Source of the DNA: a virus
Lineage: Duplodnaviria; Caudoviricetes
Length of the DNA: 59,277 nucleotides
Strand: one strand, 5' to 3'
Virus record (IMG/VR): IMGVR_UViG_3300027969_000114
Location: 1-59,277 of that record
Shown piece by piece: positions 55,423 to 59,277 of the stretch. Position numbers and translations under genes: made by a program. How positions within the stretch are numbered: position 1 is the first letter of the stretch; every line of letters starts with the position of its first letter. Below the pieces are notes generated by a model. The model saw only the letters and a list, made by a program, of their open reading frames with translations, searched no databases and had not been told where the DNA came from.

Positions 55423-55797
55423 TTAAAGTCCTGTTATGTCGCCTACCATTAAGCTGTTGTCTGCTTTAGTAAATAAGCCTGCTAGTCTTCTGCCAGTAGG
55501 AGTCTTTTCAAATCGGTATGGGGCTTTCTTTAAATATTGATTGTCTTCGAGATAGTACGATTGCATCGGGTACGATGTTAGGGATGAGCAATAAGATACT
55601 TCTTGAATTACTCTAAATCCATCTACGATGTAGATTGCGTAAAGGGATGTAGATCCGTAAGAGATTTCCTCGCTAGAAAAGAATTTTGCATCTCTTTCTG
55701 CATATCTGTTTACGGTTTGAATCCAGATTCTGCGATTGTAATCGCTTCTTGTGTGATTTACTGCTTGGTCTAGGGATACTTCTACTAATGTTTTCAT
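55423..55797 (-). CDS. Hypothetical early protein (B only)
   Basis: ORF with an A-rich Bacteroidota-type initiation region. Confidence 0.65.
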   Translation of the reverse strand: MKTLVEVSLDQAVNHTRSDYNRRIWIQTVNRYAERDAKFFSSEEISYGSTSLYAIYIVDGFRVIQEVSYCSSLTSYPMQSYYLEDNQYLKKAPYRFEKTPTGRRLAGLFTKADNSLMVGDITGL

Positions 55798-55815
55798 TTT
55801 GATTTTTGTTTAGAA

Positions 55816-56004
55816 TTAATATGGAAAGTATGATTTTGATTTTGGATTAGATATTTCGGCATTCATTTCTCGAATATTGTATATCTTTTGGACTGCTTTG
55901 TACTCTGCTTCTAGATCTGTGCATTTGCAGTATTCTATGTGAAACTGCTTTGTGTGCTTAAAAATTACTCTTTCTGTGTTTGTTAGAATTAAGATGTCTC
56001 TCAT
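55816..56004 (-). CDS. Hypothetical early protein (B only)
   Basis: First ORF after the AT-rich promoter region. Confidence 0.6.
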   Translation of the reverse strand: MRDILILTNTERVIFKHTKQFHIEYCKCTDLEAEYKAVQKIYNIREMNAEISNPKSKSYFPY

Positions 56005-56168
56005 TTTAGCTGTTTTTTAGGTATTCTGCCTTATTGCTCTGTAAAGGTAACAATAGTTTTAACAAATAAAAATCTTTTTTAATCTTTTTTTATATGTAGT
56101 GTAAAATAATTACTGATTAGGTTTTTAATAGGTAACCTATTTTTTACATATTTTTTACATATATGCAC

Positions 56169-56201
56169 AAAAAAGCCTCCAGACAGAATCCAGAGGCTTT
56201 T
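56169..56201 (-). terminator. Terminator ending the late transcript (B)
   Basis: GCCTCTGGA/TCTGGAGGC imperfect stem plus T6. Confidence 0.75.
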
Positions 56202-56241
56202 AAAACACAATTCTAAACCTATTTATGAAAAACAACCAAAA

Positions 56242-57240
56242 TTACACTATTTTACCATCTTTAATTAAAAGATTAGAAACTTTTGTTTTGCCATCTATTA
56301 TTTCTACAACGGCAAAACCGTTATTGTGCTGTGCAAAAGGATAGTATTTAGGGCTTAATTGAGTTAGGCATCCAGCTGAATAGCTATGTATAAACTTTTT
56401 AAACCCAGTCTTTTTAATAGTATTTGTCGTACGATGTACGTGTCCAATCAGCGTATTACAGAAAGTCTTATTAAATGTGCTTTGCGAAGGATTCATTCCG
56501 CTTGCCATAATTTCGTGGCCGTGTAATATTAGTAAATCAGCTAATTCTATGCCTTGCCAATCAGGTACATAAATAATATTTAGCTTGTCTAGCCTAAAGA
56601 ACTGCTCAAATTGCATCTCGTGTAACTGAGAAAACTCTTCTGCTTGTTCGTTTAAATACTTTTGCCACCTGTTTTCGTGGTTGCCTAGCTTGTAATAGAT
56701 AGGAATATGAGAAAACAGATCTCTTAGTTTCTGTAGAAAGTTTCTGCCCATCTCTATTTCCCTTGGAAAGTCTCTTAGATCCTTTTCTTTTTCGTGTCTT
56801 GAGATAGAATAAAAGTCAAAAATATCTCCATTTAAAATTAGGCAGTCAATATTTTGTTCTCTTAAATGCTTAATTGCACACGTTATTGCACTAAGAGAAT
56901 GATATGGAACGTGTATGTCTGATAACACACCCACTTTTTTAAAATCATCTGTTAAAGTAAGGCTAGTATATTCTCTGCCTAAGCTATCTTCTATCCCAAA
57001 ATTATTTAATTCTTCTAAATTAAAATCAATAGATTCAATTTTAGTGTTAGGTCTTGTTTGTTTAAAATGCTCGCTTCTTTTTACTACACTTAATCCAAGT
57101 CTAGTAATTTTTTTATGAAATTGCTCTACGCTTGCATAGCCGTATGTATCCCAGTTTTCACGCTCAAAGTCTGCCCTTGTTAAATTAGTAGAATAAAAAT
57201 GATCTTTAATTGATTGACCTCTTTCTTTATCTGATTGCAT
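56242..57240 (-). CDS. Metallophosphoesterase (B)
   Basis: SDIH, GD, GNHE, HGH, GHVH. Confidence 0.9.
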   Translation of the reverse strand: MQSDKERGQSIKDHFYSTNLTRADFERENWDTYGYASVEQFHKKITRLGLSVVKRSEHFKQTRPNTKIESIDFNLEELNNFGIEDSLGREYTSLTLTDDFKKVGVLSDIHVPYHSLSAITCAIKHLREQNIDCLILNGDIFDFYSISRHEKEKDLRDFPREIEMGRNFLQKLRDLFSHIPIYYKLGNHENRWQKYLNEQAEEFSQLHEMQFEQFFRLDKLNIIYVPDWQGIELADLLILHGHEIMASGMNPSQSTFNKTFCNTLIGHVHRTTNTIKKTGFKKFIHSYSAGCLTQLSPKYYPFAQHNNGFAVVEIIDGKTKVSNLLIKDGKIV

Positions 57241-57682
57241 TTAGTCCGAATTTAAGATACAACCAAGCCATTAACATAATAGCTTCGATTAGTAATAGTA
57301 TAATTACCCAAGTAGGAACACGGTATTTAATTATCTCTTTATCTCTGTATTCAATCCATTTTACCTGAGAATTACGATAGTTTTCTTCGTACACTTGTTG
57401 CATAGAATCAAGATCTACAATAGCACTAATATTATTGCCATCAGATTTAATAATAATCTTGCCTTGTGAAACGTTTAATTTGCTATAAAAACGAGTTAAA
57501 ATACCACTTGAATCACAAGGGTTATAAATCGTTAATGTATCTGTTACAGATTTATATTTTTCTATAACTTTTTCTGTTCTAAAAGTATCTACTCTGAGCG
57601 TCTCTTTATACTCCGTTAAGGTATTCGTACGTTTACACGAAGATAGTGCCAGAATCGTCAAAAGAATAATGAATTTTTGCAT
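57227..57682 (-). CDS. Putative unimolecular spanin (B)
   Basis: LSSC lipobox plus C-terminal TM helix. Confidence 0.7.
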   Translation of the reverse strand: MQKFIILLTILALSSCKRTNTLTEYKETLRVDTFRTEKVIEKYKSVTDTLTIYNPCDSSGILTRFYSKLNVSQGKIIIKSDGNNISAIVDLDSMQQVYEENYRNSQVKWIEYRDKEIIKYRVPTWVIILLLIEAIMLMAWLYLKFGLNAIR

Positions 57683-57684
57683 AT

Positions 57685-58140
57685 TTAGGAGAAGTATAGA
57701 TCTGATTCTGCTTGGCGTCTTCTAGTTAATCCAGTTAAAGCTCTGCCACCTGCCTTATTCCACTTTAAAAATTCTAATTTAATTGCAGGATCAGAAGGGT
57801 TTGCATTAACTTTTTTAATAAGTGTTGATTTTTGTAAGTTACCTGTGCCTACATTATAAGCAAAAGAACATAATGCATCGAATTGGCTTTGAGATATGTC
57901 ATCGCGACAAAATGAATCCACCGCTTTTTCATAAGTAGAAACTGATAATTTTAAAAGCTCTTCGGCTTCTTGTTTAGTAATTGCTTGATCGCTTAATAGA
58001 ACTCTTTTACCGTTCGTATAATACGTGTTTCCGTATCCAATCGTATTTATACCCCCAGCGCAAACATACGGCACTAGGCTCAATCCCTCAAACGACTTTA
58101 TTAGATCGAGACCTTTTTGGCTTAACTTCAATATTTTCAT
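57685..58140 (-). CDS. Endolysin, GH24 lysozyme (B)
   Basis: FEG..PYVC...TIGYG. Confidence 0.93.
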   Translation of the reverse strand: MKILKLSQKGLDLIKSFEGLSLVPYVCAGGINTIGYGNTYYTNGKRVLLSDQAITKQEAEELLKLSVSTYEKAVDSFCRDDISQSQFDALCSFAYNVGTGNLQKSTLIKKVNANPSDPAIKLEFLKWNKAGGRALTGLTRRRQAESDLYFS

Positions 58141-58414
58141 CTAAAAGATTTAGTTTGGATTTAAGCGTAGAGTTTTCGCTTTTAAGACTATGTACTTCAG
58201 TTGTAAGATTGTCTATTTTATCAGATAGTTCTTTTACCTTATCGCTCATTTCTTGCGCCATCTCTCGCCATATTTTAATTGCTGCTTCGGTATTCGACAA
58301 CTCCCCACCTTGTATGTCTACATTCTCTTTTTTGCGTGTGCTAAAATATGTAGCTAATGAAGCTATTAAAGCGGTAAGAATATTAGTAAACCAGTCGGGT
58401 AGGGAGTTAAGCAC
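58088..58414 (-). CDS. Putative holin-like protein (B)
   Basis: Homolog of 25741..26067. Confidence 0.5.
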   Translation of the reverse strand: MLNSLPDWFTNILTALIASLATYFSTRKKENVDIQGGELSNTEAAIKIWREMAQEMSDKVKELSDKIDNLTTEVHSLKSENSTLKSKLNLLDENIEVKPKRSRSNKVV

Positions 58415-58416
58415 CG

Positions 58417-58686
58417 TTAATCTTTTTTAAGTTTGTGTAAAATTTGAGCCTTTGCGATAATAGCGAAGTTTTCGTTATCCTTTACAAAGTTTTTGAACGT
58501 TTCTTGATCGCTAGAATCTAAGTCTAGTACCTCGCCTTTGTTAAGAGCTAAAGCCCACTCCCAAAATTTAAGGGCATCGCCTTTAGATTGTTGAACAAGT
58601 GAGTTAGCTACTAGCTTTCCAGCGTTAGCGTTATCGATGGCTTTACCATCTAAATCCACTAAGTTAAAGTTTAAATCTATTTTCAT
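58417..58686 (-). CDS. Conserved late hypothetical protein (B)
   Basis: Homolog of 26070..26339. Confidence 0.75.
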   Translation of the reverse strand: MKIDLNFNLVDLDGKAIDNANAGKLVANSLVQQSKGDALKFWEWALALNKGEVLDLDSSDQETFKNFVKDNENFAIIAKAQILHKLKKD

Positions 58687-58706
58687 TCTTTTGTTGTTTG
58701 TTTCAC

Positions 58707-58732
58707 TATAAACGCAATTTAAAGATTTTTGT
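58707..58732 (-). promoter_or_regulatory. Phage late promoter for the lysis operon (B)
   Basis: ACAA-N14-CGTTTATA. Confidence 0.75.
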
Positions 58733-58735
58733 TTC

Positions 58736-59062
58736 TTATGACTGCCAAGGCAAGCCGTAGTTTACAATCGGAGGATTTAAAAAGTTCTCTATTTGTGCAT
58801 CTAAGTTTGCCTCGATTGCCTCGCAGTCTAGTGAAGCAGTAAGCCAAGATTCTACCATTTCCTTAGTCACCTCATCGTATGGAGTGAAGCTCGCTTCGTG
58901 TGGTGCATCGACTGCCAAAGCTCCGTAAGTATCAGCCGTAAAGTGAATGATATCCTCTTCGTATTGCTTTTGCGCTCTGTAATGAATTACGCTAATTACT
59001 TTGTCCATTCCGTCAAGGGAAGGGATACTATCTAACTGACTGATTAAAAATGAAAATGCCAT
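58736..59062 (-). CDS. Fibre-associated small protein (B)
   Basis: Homolog of 26394..26714. Confidence 0.65.
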   Translation of the reverse strand: MAFSFLISQLDSIPSLDGMDKVISVIHYRAQKQYEEDIIHFTADTYGALAVDAPHEASFTPYDEVTKEMVESWLTASLDCEAIEANLDAQIENFLNPPIVNYGLPWQS

Positions 59063-59063
59063 A

Positions 59064-59277
59064 TTATTTATTTTCTAAGATTTTAATTTTTGCTTCTAAT
59101 TCTTGAACTGCTTTAATTAAAGGAACTACAATATTTGCATATCTTACGTTTTCTACTTGACCGCTTCCATCTTCATTTGCAAAATCTGCTAAGTATGAAG
59201 AAACTTCAGCCACTTCCTCAGCTATAAGTCCTAAGAATTTTTTATCTGAATATCTATAATAGTCTTTTTTGTAAGTA
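59064..59277 (-). CDS. Tail fibre C-terminus (partial, S74 chaperone domain)
   Basis: Same peptide as 26716..26929, with three synonymous differences seen. Confidence 0.9.
   Translation of the reverse strand, partial: TYKKDYYRYSDKKFLGLIAEEVAEVSSYLADFANEDGSGQVENVRYANIVVPLIKAVQELEAKIKILENK
59155..59277. repeat. Exact direct repeat of 26807..26929
   Basis: Identical for 123 nt up to the window end; last mismatch at 59154 vs 26806. Confidence 0.95.

Larger units (their letters stand above)
26930..59277 (-). mobile_element. Phage genome B (32,348 bp circular map), syntenic relative of A
   Basis: Second full gene set in the same order. 59155..59277 equals 26807..26929, which closes the circle. 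Confidence 0.85.

Noticed and set aside
2774-58430. All plus-strand ORFs in the track (e.g. 2774..2962, 6746..7108, 34760..35176, 57981..58430)
   Set aside because: Antisense shadows of well-supported minus-strand genes, with no recognisable motifs or independent signals.
1-59277. Recent whole-genome tandem duplication of one phage
   Set aside because: The copies differ in non-homologous modules, oligonucleotide usage and many silent sites. Exact identity is confined to the fibre boundaries.
1-59277. Integrated tandem prophages
   Set aside because: No integrase, repressor, att-like flanks or host genes; both window ends fall inside the fibre gene.

Overview
The window is entirely phage DNA. 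It holds two related but distinct, apparently complete siphovirus-like genomes joined head to tail, with every supported gene on the minus strand. A Bacteroidota/Flavobacteriia host is inferred from TAnnTTTG promoters and gene families. Genome A is 1..29501 and genome B is 26930..59277 (32,348 bp). They share one copy of the tail-fibre core (about 26807..29628). The first 127 nt of the window equal 29502..29628 and the last 123 nt equal 26807..26929. The simplest reading is a figure-8 assembly path through two circular maps that carry a (near-)identical fibre segment; a real co-integrate cannot be excluded without reads. Both genomes have the same gene order: early genes, ERF/SSB, lambda-O-like initiator, resolvase, phage sigma factor, TerS/TerL, tail genes, tape measure, prohead protease, scaffold, capsid, tail tube, portal, adaptor, fibre, lysis, phosphoesterase. 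No integrase, repressor, polymerase, tRNA or CRISPR was seen. Comparing the two copies shows: (1) a covarying RNA switch with complementary 8-nt loops and a terminator directly upstream of the initiator; (2) eight phage-sigma late promoters (ACAA-N13/14-CGTTTATA), six apparently leaderless; (3) a conserved -1 frameshift with long dual coding in the tail chaperone; (4) different predicted DNA-modification cassettes (TAGT/GREB1-like glycosyltransferase in A; ParB-GT-MTase-like-IbrA/IbrB in B), with GGCC seemingly absent from A only; (5) gene swaps (RusA vs VRR-NUC, two TerS types, HNH in A only); (6) several conserved micro-ORFs missed by the ORF track. All family calls come from reading motifs by eye; no database searches were run.
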